Part shown: piece after piece, positions 48,054 to 57,413 of the stretch
Layout: every line of letters starts with the position of its first letter
How positions within the stretch are numbered: position 1 is the stretch's first letter
Origin: Anaerolineales bacterium
GTDB lineage: Bacteria > Chloroflexota > Anaerolineae > Anaerolineales > UBA6663
DNA: 64,000 nt
Direction of reading: 5' to 3'
NCBI GenBank assembly: GCA_044226485.1
Contig: JBGAGY010000002.1
Coordinates: forward strand, 336,176-400,175
Notes under the pieces: model-generated
Databases searched by the model: none
What the model was told of the DNA's origin: nothing
What the model saw: only the letters and a program-made list of their open reading frames with translations
Made by a program: the position numbers and the translations under genes

Positions 48054-48599
48054 ATGTCGGCCTGGTCACAGGATCGCTACATTGAGGCCTATCGTTTCGC
48101 CGCCCAGGCCCACCAGGGCCAGATCATGACGGGCAGCCACTTTCCCTACCTCTGGCACATCAGCGTGGTGAGCATGGAGATCATGGCCGCCGTCGCGCGC
48201 GAGCCCGAATGCGACGCGGACCTCGCGGTCGTCTGCGCGGTGCTTCACGACGTCGTCGAGGACACGGCCGTCACGATCGACGCGATCCAGGATGGCTTCG
48301 GACCTCGCGTTGCTGATGGCGTTCAGGCGCTGACGAAGGACCAGGATCTGCCGCACTCGCTCCGGTTGCGCGACAGCATCGACCGCATCCGCTTGCAGCC
48401 GCGCGAGATCTGGATGGTGAAGCTCGCCGACCGGATCACGAACCTCCAGCCGCCGCCGCCTCAATGGAGCCCCGACAAAGTCGCCGCCTATCGCGCCGAC
48501 GCCGTGTTAATCCACGACGAGCTTGGCGCGGCCAGCCACTTCCTGGCTGAGCGCCTCTTCGCCAAGATCACGGCCTATGCCATGCCGGATCCCGTCTAG
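48054..48599 (+). CDS. HD-domain protein, RelA/SpoT hydrolase-only (SAH/Mesh1-like)
   Basis: FAAQAHQGQ, PYLWH, LHDVVEDT, ALTK, VKLADRITNL. Confidence 0.88.
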   Translation: MSAWSQDRYIEAYRFAAQAHQGQIMTGSHFPYLWHISVVSMEIMAAVAREPECDADLAVVCAVLHDVVEDTAVTIDAIQDGFGPRVADGVQALTKDQDLPHSLRLRDSIDRIRLQPREIWMVKLADRITNLQPPPPQWSPDKVAAYRADAVLIHDELGAASHFLAERLFAKITAYAMPDPV

Positions 48600-48617
48600 C
48601 CCGGAAGCCAGACTCAC

Positions 48618-49466
48618 ATGAAGATCCCGCGTTATTGGGCGCGCCGTTCGCAGGTGGCGCAAGCACCGAACGGCCAAACGAGGAACATCGCCTGCTGGGG
48701 CTGGTCCGACCAGCTGCTCTCCGAGGCGCAGGCGCGGGCTGAGGCCCGGGTCGCGTCGATCGTGCAGAAGGTCCGCGCTGGCCAGCCGCTCGATCGCTAT
48801 GGCTACGGCGATCAGCGCCCGTTGCGTGAAGAGATCCTTGACGGCATCCGCGATCGGGCGGGCGGCGATGCCGCCCTGATCACGCGCAATCAGTACGGCG
48901 CGCAAGTGCTGAACGCGGCGCGGACGCTGTTCTTTGACGTCGATATCCCTGAGAAGGAACTGGGCGGCGGTTTGATCGGCAAGCTCTTCGGCGGCAAACC
49001 AAAAGACCCGGCGACTCCCTACCTCGAGCGCATCGAGCAGTGGGCGCGGCGCAATCCGTTTCTGGGCGTGCGCGTCTACCGGACGGCGGCGGGCCTGCGC
49101 GGCCTGATTGCCAACGAGCTCTTCGACCCGACGCGCAGCGACACCCTCGAGTTGTTGCAGGCCGTCGGGAGCGATCCGCTCTATGTGCGGCTGTGCCAGG
49201 CGCAGGGCTGCTTTCGCGCCCGTCTGACGCCGAAGCCCTGGCGCTGCGACATGGATAATCCGCCTGGCGTCTTCCCGTGGGAAGATGACGCCGCCGAGAT
49301 GCGCTATCGCAGATGGGTGGCGCTCTACGAACGCACCAGCTCTGCTTATGCCGTCTGCAAGCCAGTCGCGGCGTACGGCCCGCGCGATATCCATCCCGAA
49401 GTCGCCGACGTGCTGGCCTACCATGACCGGCTGACCGTGCCGTCGTTCGAGCGACCCTTGGCCTGA
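48618..49466 (+). CDS. Conserved hypothetical protein, possible AEP primase-polymerase-like fold
   Basis: 282-aa ORF; LFFDVD, VYRTAAGLR, SDPLY, FRARLTPKPWR. Confidence 0.7.
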   Translation: MKIPRYWARRSQVAQAPNGQTRNIACWGWSDQLLSEAQARAEARVASIVQKVRAGQPLDRYGYGDQRPLREEILDGIRDRAGGDAALITRNQYGAQVLNAARTLFFDVDIPEKELGGGLIGKLFGGKPKDPATPYLERIEQWARRNPFLGVRVYRTAAGLRGLIANELFDPTRSDTLELLQAVGSDPLYVRLCQAQGCFRARLTPKPWRCDMDNPPGVFPWEDDAAEMRYRRWVALYERTSSAYAVCKPVAAYGPRDIHPEVADVLAYHDRLTVPSFERPLA

Positions 49467-49528
49467 CCATTCCTATCGTTCGCGAAGCCGCTAGAATATG
49501 CGTCTTCAAAGGATACGAGCAGTTCATC

Positions 49529-50077
49529 ATGCAATGCCCAAACTGCGACACACCGCTCAGCGCTCCTGCCATCGCGCCTGAGGAGCCGCCCATCTTTGGC
49601 TGCTCCACCTGCCATGGCGTGTGGATCGACTCGAACGCCTATCTGACCTGGGTGACGGGGCGAGAGGTGAAGCCGGCCCCCGAGCTGACGATCGACGAGA
49701 CACCGGTAGCCGATACGCAAAACCTGAAACTCTGCCCGACCTGCAGGCGTTTCCTGACGCGCTATCACATCCTTCCGGGGGCCCGTTTCTTCGTCGAGCG
49801 GTGCGCGCACTGCAACGGCGTCTGGTTCGACGAGGGCGAGTGGGCCAGCGTGCGCTGTCACGGCTTGCAGGATCGGGTCAATCAGTTGTTCACTCAACCC
49901 TGGCAGGACAAGATCCGCGCCGTCGAGTCGCGTCACTCGCTCGAGCAGATCTATCGCGAGCGCTTTGGCGAAGAAGACTATCAACGCGTGCGCGAGATCC
50001 GCGCCTGGCTTGACAGCCGCCCGCAGAAGGCGATGCTCCTGGCCTTCCTGCAGTCGCGCGATCCATATCAGCAGTAG
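49529..50077 (+). CDS. zf-TFIIB-type zinc-ribbon protein (two repeats)
   Basis: CPNC..CSTCHGVW and CPTC..CAHCNGVWFDEGE. Confidence 0.85.
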   Translation: MQCPNCDTPLSAPAIAPEEPPIFGCSTCHGVWIDSNAYLTWVTGREVKPAPELTIDETPVADTQNLKLCPTCRRFLTRYHILPGARFFVERCAHCNGVWFDEGEWASVRCHGLQDRVNQLFTQPWQDKIRAVESRHSLEQIYRERFGEEDYQRVREIRAWLDSRPQKAMLLAFLQSRDPYQQ

Positions 50078-50107
50078 GCGCTCATCACAAGAAGGAACCG
50101 ACCGCCG

Positions 50108-50707
50108 ATGGACCCGTTTCAGTTGGCGACGATCCCGGGTGACCTCAACTGGCTGCGAACGCCGGTCGACTACAAGACCGACGCGCACGGGCTGCTGATC
50201 CAGGCCGGCGCGTTGACCGACTGGTTCATCGACCCGGCCGGCAAGGTCACGGCCTCGAACGCGCCGGTCGCCCTGTTCACGCCGCCCGCCGGGGACTTCG
50301 TGTTGCAAGCCCGCGTCGCCGTCGAGTTCGGCGCGACCTATGACGCCGGCGTGCTCTTCATTTACGGCGACGATGCCCACTGGGCCAAGCTGTGCTTCGA
50401 ATACTCGCCGCAGAACGAGCCCATGGTCGTGTCGGTGGTCACGCGTGATAGCTCCGACGACTGCAACTCCGTCATGATCGACGGGCGCGAGGTCTATCTA
50501 CGCGTCAGCCGCAACGGTTCGAGTTGGGCCTTCCACTACTCGCGCGACGGCCAGTTCTGGCGCATGGTGCGCTATTTCAGGGCGCAACCCGCCGAGACGC
50601 GCCTCGGTTTCTCGGCCCAGTCACCAACCGGCCAGGCCTGCCAGGCGCGCTTCACCGAGATCGCCTGGCGACAGGGCGGCGTCTCCGATATCCGCAGCGG
50701 CGCGTAA
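50108..50707 (+). CDS. DUF1349 (concanavalin A-like) protein
   Basis: TDWFIDP, YDAGVL, WAKLCFE, VVSVVTR..SDD, YSRDG..W. Confidence 0.85.
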   Translation: MDPFQLATIPGDLNWLRTPVDYKTDAHGLLIQAGALTDWFIDPAGKVTASNAPVALFTPPAGDFVLQARVAVEFGATYDAGVLFIYGDDAHWAKLCFEYSPQNEPMVVSVVTRDSSDDCNSVMIDGREVYLRVSRNGSSWAFHYSRDGQFWRMVRYFRAQPAETRLGFSAQSPTGQACQARFTEIAWRQGGVSDIRSGA

Positions 50708-50738
50708 AACGGATACTTCGCCGCAGATGGCACGGATT

Positions 50739-50792
50739 CCGCAACTGGGCTGAAGCCGTTGCTGGCCAGCAACGGCTTCAGCCCAGCTGCGG
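50739..50792. repeat. REP-like palindrome (GGCTGAAGCC type)
   Basis: 50745-50786 is a perfect 42-bp loopless palindrome; extends with one mismatch. Confidence 0.85.
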
Positions 50793-50856
50793 CTCATGTC
50801 TTTCATTTGCTCCGTCTCAGCCTGGACTCAGCCGGGCTCGGTAAAGTGGCGTCGCT

Positions 50857-51726
50857 GTGGCCCCGACTCTCGCTCCTGCCTCCAACCAACACCGTGATGC
50901 CGTCAGGCGGTACTATGACGTCAACACGGCATTCTTTCGCCTGTTCGGTGGAGATCGAGGCACGCAGACCGTCCATCGTTCGGTTTGGGCGGAGGGCATC
51001 ACGAGCCTCGACGCCGCCCTGAACTACACGAACTCGCTCGTGCTCGATCAGGTGCGCTGCATCGATCGGGCGTCGCCGGCGCTCGGCGACCTCGGGTGCG
51101 GCACGGGGGGCACGTTGATGTATCTGGCGCCGCGCCTGACATCCGCTTACAGCGCGGTGGGCATCACGCTCAGCCCGGTGCAGGCGAACCAGGCGCGCCG
51201 CAACCTGACCGCCGCGCCAGATGCCATCCTGATCGGCGACTACCACCATCTTCCTCTGGTCGACGCCAGCCTCGACTTCGCGTTCGCGATCGAGTCGTTC
51301 ATCCACTCCGCGCACCCCGAGCGTTTCTTGGCCGAGGTGAGCCGCGTGCTGCGGCCGGGCGGGCGCCTGTTTGTCTGCGACGACTTCCTCGTCGAGAAAC
51401 GTCGCCTCGGCGTGCGCGAGGCCGAAGTGCTGGCCGAGTACCGCGAAGGCTGGCTGGCTTCGTCGTTGCTGCCCGCTGGCGAAATGGCAGACCTGGCCTG
51501 CCGGGCCGGTCTCCGCCTGATCGAGCGTCGCGACCTCACTCCCTACCTCAAATTGCGCACCCTGCCGGAACGCCTGACGCACTGGCTCCTGGGTTGGCGC
51601 CGCAAGCTCGGGCTGCGCGCGTCGATTGTCACGAGCTCGGCGGGCAGCCTGGCCCTGCAACAGTGTCTGGCCACCGGCGCGATCCTCTATCAGACCCTGT
51701 TGTTCGAGAAAATCGCCGGCGTCTAG
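50857..51726 (+). CDS. Class I SAM-dependent methyltransferase
   Basis: VRRYYD, DLGCGTGG, GITLSPVQ, RVLRPGGRL. Confidence 0.88.
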   Translation: MAPTLAPASNQHRDAVRRYYDVNTAFFRLFGGDRGTQTVHRSVWAEGITSLDAALNYTNSLVLDQVRCIDRASPALGDLGCGTGGTLMYLAPRLTSAYSAVGITLSPVQANQARRNLTAAPDAILIGDYHHLPLVDASLDFAFAIESFIHSAHPERFLAEVSRVLRPGGRLFVCDDFLVEKRRLGVREAEVLAEYREGWLASSLLPAGEMADLACRAGLRLIERRDLTPYLKLRTLPERLTHWLLGWRRKLGLRASIVTSSAGSLALQQCLATGAILYQTLLFEKIAGV

Positions 51727-51845
51727 GCGCGACGATCCGGGGCGTTCCGCGATTCGCGCAGGTTCGGCGGGGATGCTCGCCGTGATCGTCATATGCCATC
51801 CCTCACTGCCCGACGTTCGAGGCTCCCTGCTATCATCGGCGCATC

Positions 51846-54311
51846 ATGCAAAAACAATCCCTCACTTCAGGCTGGCAAATGCGGCAGGTCGGCACCGAGG
51901 ACTGGCTTCCCGCCACGGTGCCGGGCGGCGTGCACACCGATCTGCTCGCAGCCGGCCGCATCGCCGACCCCTTCGTCGGCGACAACGAACGCCGCGTGCA
52001 GTGGGTGGCCGAAGCCGACTGGCAGTACCTGTGCACGTTCGACGTCACGGCTGAGACGCTCGCGCAGGATTGCGTCGAGCTGGTCGCCGACGGCCTCGAC
52101 ACGCTGGCCGGTGTGACCCTCAACGGCCACGTCGTTGGCACGGCCGAGAACCTCTTCCGACAGTACCGCTGGGATGTGAAAGGCCTGTTGAAGCCCGGCC
52201 CAAACACCCTGCAGGTCGACTTCGCTTCGTCGGTGCAGTGCTGCGCCACCAAGCATGCCGAACGCCAGATGCCCGGCGTGCCTCAGGCGCTGCCCGGCGG
52301 CCCTTACGTGCGCAAGGCGCCGTGCCACTTCGGCTGGGACTGGGGCCCTCAGTTGCCGCCGATCGGCATCTGGAAGGATATCCGCCTCGAGGCCTACAGC
52401 ATCCGACTCGACGACGTTCACGTGCGCCAGATCTGGAACGGCCAGGCTGTGACGGTGCAGGTCACTGCGACGGCGGCCGGCAAGCTCGCCAGGCCACTGC
52501 AGATCCAACTTGACGTGATCGCGCCCGATGGCGTGGCCGTCATCCATCAAACCGAGTTCCCTGTCGAGGGCAGCGCGCGGGCCGCCGTGCTGATCGCGGC
52601 GCCGCAGCGCTGGTGGCCGAACGGCTACGGCGCACAGCCGCTCTACACGGCGCGCGTGACGTTGATGGACGGCACCACGGTGCTCGACGTGCGCGAGATG
52701 CGTCTGGGCCTGCGCACGCTCGAGTTGCGCCAGCAGCCCGACCAGTGGGGCAAGTCGTTCGAGTTCGTCGTCAACGGCGTGCGCATCTTCGCCAAGGGCG
52801 CCAACTGGATCCCGACCGACTCGTTCCCGACGCGCATCACGGTCGAGCACTACGAGACGCTGCTCAAGGCAGCCGCCGACGTGCACATGAACATGTTGCG
52901 GGTCTGGGGCGGCGGTCTGTATGAGGACGATCGCTTCTACGAGCTTTGCGACAGGTTCGGCCTGTTGGTCTGGCAGGACTTCACCTTTGCGTGCAGCATC
53001 TATCCGCTGCACGACCCGCTCTTCGTCGAGAACGTGCATCAGGAAGTGATGCAGAACATGCGTCGGCTGCGCCACCATGCCAGCCTGGCGCTGTGGTGCG
53101 GCAACAACGAGATGGAGCAGGGCTGGGCCGATTGGGGCTGGGCGGGAAGACGCGACCTCGATGACATGAAGGCCGCTTACGATGAGTTCTTCCATCGCAC
53201 GCTGAAGGCCTGGGTCGCCGCCGAAGATCCCGATCGCAGCTACTGGCCGAGCTCGCCGTCCTCCGATACGCCCTTCGAGCTCCCGAACGGCCAGTTGCAG
53301 GGCGACGCTCACTACTGGGACGTCTGGCACGGGCGCAAGCCGTTCACGGCGTATCGCGATCAGTACCCGCGCTTCATGAGTGAGTTCGGGTTCCAGGCGC
53401 TTCCGCCGCTGGCCACGATCAAGACCTACGCCGAGCCCGCCGACTGGAACATGACCTCGTACGTCATGGACCTGCACCAGAAGAACGCCAGCGGCAACAG
53501 CCTGATGGTCGGGCAGATGCTCGACACCTTCCAGCTGCCGAAGGATTTCGAGAACCTCGTCTATCTCAGCCTGGCCCTGCAGGCCGAGGGCATCCGCTAC
53601 GGCGTCGAGCACTGGCGAAGGCACCCGAACCGAGTGGCCGGCATCATTTACTGGCAGCTCAACGACTGCTGGCCCGTGGCGTCGTGGTCGAGCATCGACT
53701 ACTTCGGGCGCTGGAAGGCCCTGCACTACGCGGCCAAACGATTCTTCGCGCCGCTGATGATGTCGATCGTCGATCAGCCGCCGCTTCAAGGCCTGGCCGT
53801 CACCAACGATAGCCTGTACGCCGCCGACGTCGTGCTGCGCTGGCAGCTCGAGACGGTGGCCGGGGACGTGCTGGCGAGCGGTGAAGAAGCCGCGCATGTG
53901 CCGGCGCAGTCAGCCGTGTCCGTGAAGACGCTCGACTTCAGCGCCAAGGTCGGCGAAGACAACCGCCGCGACGTCGTCTTCGTGGCCGAGCTCTGGCGCG
54001 AGGGCGAGCGCGAGGCCCTGCAGACCGCGACGTTCGTGCCCACCAAACACGTCAGGCTGACCGACCCAGGCCTGAGCGCCGATGTCGAGGTCATCGACGA
54101 CGAGGTCGAGATCACGATCACGGCCAAGGCCTACGCGCGTCTGGTGGAGATCACGCTCGACGGCGTCGACGTCGTCTTCAGCGACAACTACTTCGACGTG
54201 CCAGCGGGCCGCTCGATCAGCGTCATCTGCCCGCTGCCGACGGGCTGGACGACGGCCCAGGTGCTGCAGGCCCTTCGTCTGCGTTCGGTGATCGACACGT
54301 ACACGCGCTGA
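51846..54311 (+). CDS. Glycoside hydrolase family 2, beta-mannosidase-like
   Basis: ATVPGGVHTDL, FGWDWGP, KGANWIP, RVWGGG, WCGNNE, FMSEFG, YWQLNDCWP. Confidence 0.93.
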   Translation: MQKQSLTSGWQMRQVGTEDWLPATVPGGVHTDLLAAGRIADPFVGDNERRVQWVAEADWQYLCTFDVTAETLAQDCVELVADGLDTLAGVTLNGHVVGTAENLFRQYRWDVKGLLKPGPNTLQVDFASSVQCCATKHAERQMPGVPQALPGGPYVRKAPCHFGWDWGPQLPPIGIWKDIRLEAYSIRLDDVHVRQIWNGQAVTVQVTATAAGKLARPLQIQLDVIAPDGVAVIHQTEFPVEGSARAAVLIAAPQRWWPNGYGAQPLYTARVTLMDGTTVLDVREMRLGLRTLELRQQPDQWGKSFEFVVNGVRIFAKGANWIPTDSFPTRITVEHYETLLKAAADVHMNMLRVWGGGLYEDDRFYELCDRFGLLVWQDFTFACSIYPLHDPLFVENVHQEVMQNMRRLRHHASLALWCGNNEMEQGWADWGWAGRRDLDDMKAAYDEFFHRTLKAWVAAEDPDRSYWPSSPSSDTPFELPNGQLQGDAHYWDVWHGRKPFTAYRDQYPRFMSEFGFQALPPLATIKTYAEPADWNMTSYVMDLHQKNASGNSLMVGQMLDTFQLPKDFENLVYLSLALQAEGIRYGVEHWRRHPNRVAGIIYWQLNDCWPVASWSSIDYFGRWKALHYAAKRFFAPLMMSIVDQPPLQGLAVTNDSLYAADVVLRWQLETVAGDVLASGEEAAHVPAQSAVSVKTLDFSAKVGEDNRRDVVFVAELWREGEREALQTATFVPTKHVRLTDPGLSADVEVIDDEVEITITAKAYARLVEITLDGVDVVFSDNYFDVPAGRSISVICPLPTGWTTAQVLQALRLRSVIDTYTR

Positions 54312-54338
54312 AAATCGAGGACGGTTCGACGGTTCAAT

Positions 54339-54375
54339 GAAGACGGGCCGGGAAGAATCCCGCCCGTCTTCGTTT
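54339..54375 (+). terminator. Terminator-like hairpin after the GH2 gene
   Basis: GAAGACGGGC / GCCCGTCTTC stem followed by GTTT. Confidence 0.6.
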
Positions 54376-54592
54376 AACGGCGGATCAAGCGTGTTGTCGC
54401 TCAACCTTCCGCGCGGCGTTGCGGTGGGCTTGATCGACAACGGTCCAGGCGTGGCACTCACTTCGTCAAAGGAGCGTGTCAGATGGCTTCGATGACCTCA
54501 TGAAACGCCGGGATCGCCGCGCCACGGGCCGACCGCGCGGGTCCAGCCAGACCTGGGATCACGTCCGAAGCAGGCTCGGTATTGCGGAAGGT

Positions 54593-54922
54593 TTATTCCG
54601 GATCCTGCTTCCAGGACCGGGCGTTTCGGCGCAAACTGTCGAGTTTCTTCCAATGCCCATCAATCGCGGCACGTCCACGTGTCGTGATCGCGACCTGAGT
54701 GTTGGGGCGACGATTGACGAAGCTCTTGTCGAGCGTGATCAGTTCGGCTTCTTCGAGTTTGGTGAGGTGACTTGACAGGTTGCCGGCGGTCAGGCTCGTC
54801 AATCGTTGCAGGGCAACGAAGTCGGCGCTCTCGACGGCGGCAAGGGCCGTCAGGATCGAGAGTCTGGCCGGTTCGTGGATGAGGCGATCGAGGGCCTCGA
54901 GGTCCTCACGCAGCGTGGCCAT
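54593..54922 (-). CDS. Winged-helix transcriptional regulator (HTH_34/ArsR-like)
   Basis: LDRLIHEPARLSIL, LTAGNLSSHLTKLEEA, TTRGR. Confidence 0.9.
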   Translation of the reverse strand: MATLREDLEALDRLIHEPARLSILTALAAVESADFVALQRLTSLTAGNLSSHLTKLEEAELITLDKSFVNRRPNTQVAITTRGRAAIDGHWKKLDSLRRNARSWKQDPE

Positions 54923-55544
54923 GCCGGCTCCCTGCTTCAGGCGATAACTGCTCGGTCAGGTACATATGGCTCCAGATGCCTTGCAGGATCGCTAACAAAC
55001 CGATCAACCAGACGGTGGCGTAGAGCGCATTCGTCAACCCGAAGGGGCGCCACCACTCGATCCCCAGGATCCAACCCTTGCTGAACAAGCTGCTCAAGAC
55101 CAGCACGCCGATCGTGAGCAGGGGTGAAGGGTAGGCGCGCCAGTTGCCGGCGTTCAACCATCCCATGCGTACATAGTCGGCGCTGAAGGCCGCTGCCACA
55201 CACAATCCGAGCATGCTGATCGGCCATTTGAAGGTCACGTCGGCCCAGAAGCCCGTCATGGCCACCAGACCGGCGGCCGTCCAGATCAGGTTCTCGCGAA
55301 GACGCGTACTCCGACTCGGGCGTACGTGGCCGAAGAGACGGCGGTAGTAGCGCTCGATGACAATGTACAGGATCAGCGTCAGAAGCAGGCCCAGCAGCGG
55401 CATGGTGAAATCCGTGGCCGGGCCCTGCCAGGTGCCTGCCCATTGGACTACCAGGATGGCCAGCAGACCCAAGGGGATTTGTTTGAGGCCCTGCAACGTG
55501 CCGTAGTTCGTGGTCAGGAAGCGCAAGCGGGCCGGGTTCAACAT
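54906..55544 (-). CDS. Membrane hypothetical protein (~6 TM)
   Basis: Hydrophobic ORF overlapping the regulator start; GGAGG RBS before ATG 55544. Confidence 0.75.
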   Translation of the reverse strand: MLNPARLRFLTTNYGTLQGLKQIPLGLLAILVVQWAGTWQGPATDFTMPLLGLLLTLILYIVIERYYRRLFGHVRPSRSTRLRENLIWTAAGLVAMTGFWADVTFKWPISMLGLCVAAAFSADYVRMGWLNAGNWRAYPSPLLTIGVLVLSSLFSKGWILGIEWWRPFGLTNALYATVWLIGLLAILQGIWSHMYLTEQLSPEAGSRHGHAA

Positions 55545-55572
55545 CGACACCTCCGGTTGTGATCCTCTTCTG

Positions 55573-55624
55573 GTTTGCACCGCAAACTACTCTGTGATCC
55601 TACGACAACCGGGCGATTTGTCAA
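55573..55624 (-). promoter_or_regulatory. Sigma70-type promoter and candidate operator for the 55544-54593 operon
   Basis: Minus strand TTGACA-16 nt-TAGGAT, then GTTTGC-N3-GCAAAC palindrome (55573-55587). Confidence 0.6.
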
Positions 55625-55704
55625 GAACCTGAGCTTCAAACCAAAACGCGCGCCCGGGTGCATCCAGGGCGCGCGCTCATCGATGGGCTGAACAATCGTC
55701 GGGG

Positions 55705-56121
55705 TCAGCCGCGGTTATCTCGGTCGCGGTCGCGGCGTTCGCGATCGTCTGGGATGAAGACGCTCAGCACAATGCTGACGACGCTGACGACCAGGGCGCC
55801 CAGGAAGGCGGGCCAGAAGCCGTCGACGGTGAAGCCCACGCCGAACGTCTGGCCGATCACGCCCGACAGCCAGAACAGCAACGTGTTGATCAGCAGGGTG
55901 CCGAGGCCGAGCGTCAGGATCAGCAGCGGGCAGGTGAGCAGCGTGAGCAAGGGCCTGAGCAACGCGTTCACCAGGCCGAAGATGAACGCCAGGGCCACGA
56001 TCGACGTGATGTCGCGCGGGCCGGCGATGCCGGGGACGCCGCCGAAGACACCGGGAATACCATTGACGGCCACCCAAAGGGCGACGGCGTTGACGGCCAG
56101 TCGCAGCAAGAGCTTGAACAT
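55705..56121 (-). CDS. YvlD/DUF360-like 4-TM protein (annotated as phage holin family)
   Basis: FGLVNALLRPLL..LTCPL..LTLGL..LLIN, GFTVDGFWPAFLGALVVS. Confidence 0.88.
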   Translation of the reverse strand: MFKLLLRLAVNAVALWVAVNGIPGVFGGVPGIAGPRDITSIVALAFIFGLVNALLRPLLTLLTCPLLILTLGLGTLLINTLLFWLSGVIGQTFGVGFTVDGFWPAFLGALVVSVVSIVLSVFIPDDRERRDRDRDNRG

Positions 56122-56235
56122 TCTGCCTCCTCGAAGAATTGGTGCGCGATCTGCGGCGGCGACGAATCAGGCCCGTAGGGGTCGCCGCGGCGTGTGTTCC
56201 ACGTTCATTACGCAGCAGGGGCCGGCTGGTTGCGG

Positions 56236-57228
56236 TCAGCGGGTCAGCGAATGGCGCATCCAGCGCAGCACGCGCGTTCGCGTGAAGCCGTGCTCGACCA
56301 GGAGGCCGCCCATGAAAGCGTCGTCGGCAGGGTGTTCGAGGTGGATGGCCCAGGGGCGCGGCCCCAGGCGCCGCAGCCCACGGGTGAGCAGGGCGCGCTC
56401 GACCTGGCCGCGCATCGCGGGGTGCACGGCGATGGTCAGTCGATCGCCTTCCGGGAGCCCGGTGTCGATGCGCAGGCTGCCCACGAGTTCGTCGCTGGCG
56501 GTGGAAGCCACCCAGCGCTCGCGGTTCTCGCCGTTGATAGCCAGCGCCAGGTTGCGCCAGGCGCCTGAGCGGAAACCGGCAGGCGTCATGGCCTGATCCC
56601 ACACCAGGCCTTCGGGCCGCGCCAATCGAACCAGATCATAATCGGCCGCCCACTCGCGCGGATCGCGCAGGCGCACGTCGAAACGAGAGACCTCGAACGG
56701 CGGCGTCTGCGACAGGCCGGCGCGATACCAGTGGGTGTGCGTGCCGACATGCTGGAAGCCGAGCTTGGCGTACAGGCCCTGCGCCGGCGTGTTGTCGTCG
56801 TCGACCTGAAGCAGCGCGAACCGGCCGCCTCGTCTTCTGATGTAGTCGAGCGTGGCCACGGTCAGCGCCTCGGCGATGCCACGGCGACGATACTCAGGGA
56901 GCACGGCCACGTTGGCGATGAGCCACGCGCCGGGGTGCTGGCGGGCGGGCTGGGTCTGGACGGTGCCGACCACGCGCCCGTCTTCGATCCACACGCAACC
57001 CTGGGTGGGCAGATAGTCGTCGAGTCCGAACCAGAGGAGCAGACGCAGTTGCCAGCCCAGCCGGCTGTGGCGGCGCATCTCGCGGGTGGCCTGGCGCGCG
57101 TTCTCATCGCCCATCTCGCGCGCGAAGCTGACCTCGAGCACGTCCGCGATCTGCCCCAGATGGCGGAGTGGGTCGAGTTGTTGAAGGCCCCGTGGCGAGG
57201 CAGTGTCGGCGGTGGCTTGGGCGGTCAT
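56236..57228 (-). CDS. GNAT family acetyltransferase (two-domain)
   Basis: IANVAVLPEYRRRGIA, NTPAQGLYAKLGF; start uncertain. Confidence 0.85.
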   Translation of the reverse strand: MTAQATADTASPRGLQQLDPLRHLGQIADVLEVSFAREMGDENARQATREMRRHSRLGWQLRLLLWFGLDDYLPTQGCVWIEDGRVVGTVQTQPARQHPGAWLIANVAVLPEYRRRGIAEALTVATLDYIRRRGGRFALLQVDDDNTPAQGLYAKLGFQHVGTHTHWYRAGLSQTPPFEVSRFDVRLRDPREWAADYDLVRLARPEGLVWDQAMTPAGFRSGAWRNLALAINGENRERWVASTASDELVGSLRIDTGLPEGDRLTIAVHPAMRGQVERALLTRGLRRLGPRPWAIHLEHPADDAFMGGLLVEHGFTRTRVLRWMRHSLTR

Positions 57229-57300
57229 GGAGCGAGCAACCTGAGCCCCCATTGTACGTAGACTCACCGGACTCCGCGAAACGGGGTTTGGTAAGATAAG

Positions 57301-57394
57301 AGGCGTCAGGCGTCGGATTTCAAGCGTCGGCTTACGCGACGCGCGAAGGCCAAAGGCGCTTGTGCTGAAGCCTGACACCCGACGCCTGACGCCT
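57301..57394. repeat. Heptamer inverted-repeat element (AGGCGTC type)
   Basis: AGGCGTCAGGCGTCGG ... CCGACGCCTGACGCCT. Confidence 0.75.
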
Positions 57395-57413
57395 TTATTT
57401 TCAAGGAGGACTT

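Noticed and set aside
55705-56121. Prophage implied by a holin-family gene
   Set aside because: YvlD/DUF360-like proteins are common chromosomal membrane proteins; no phage genes nearby
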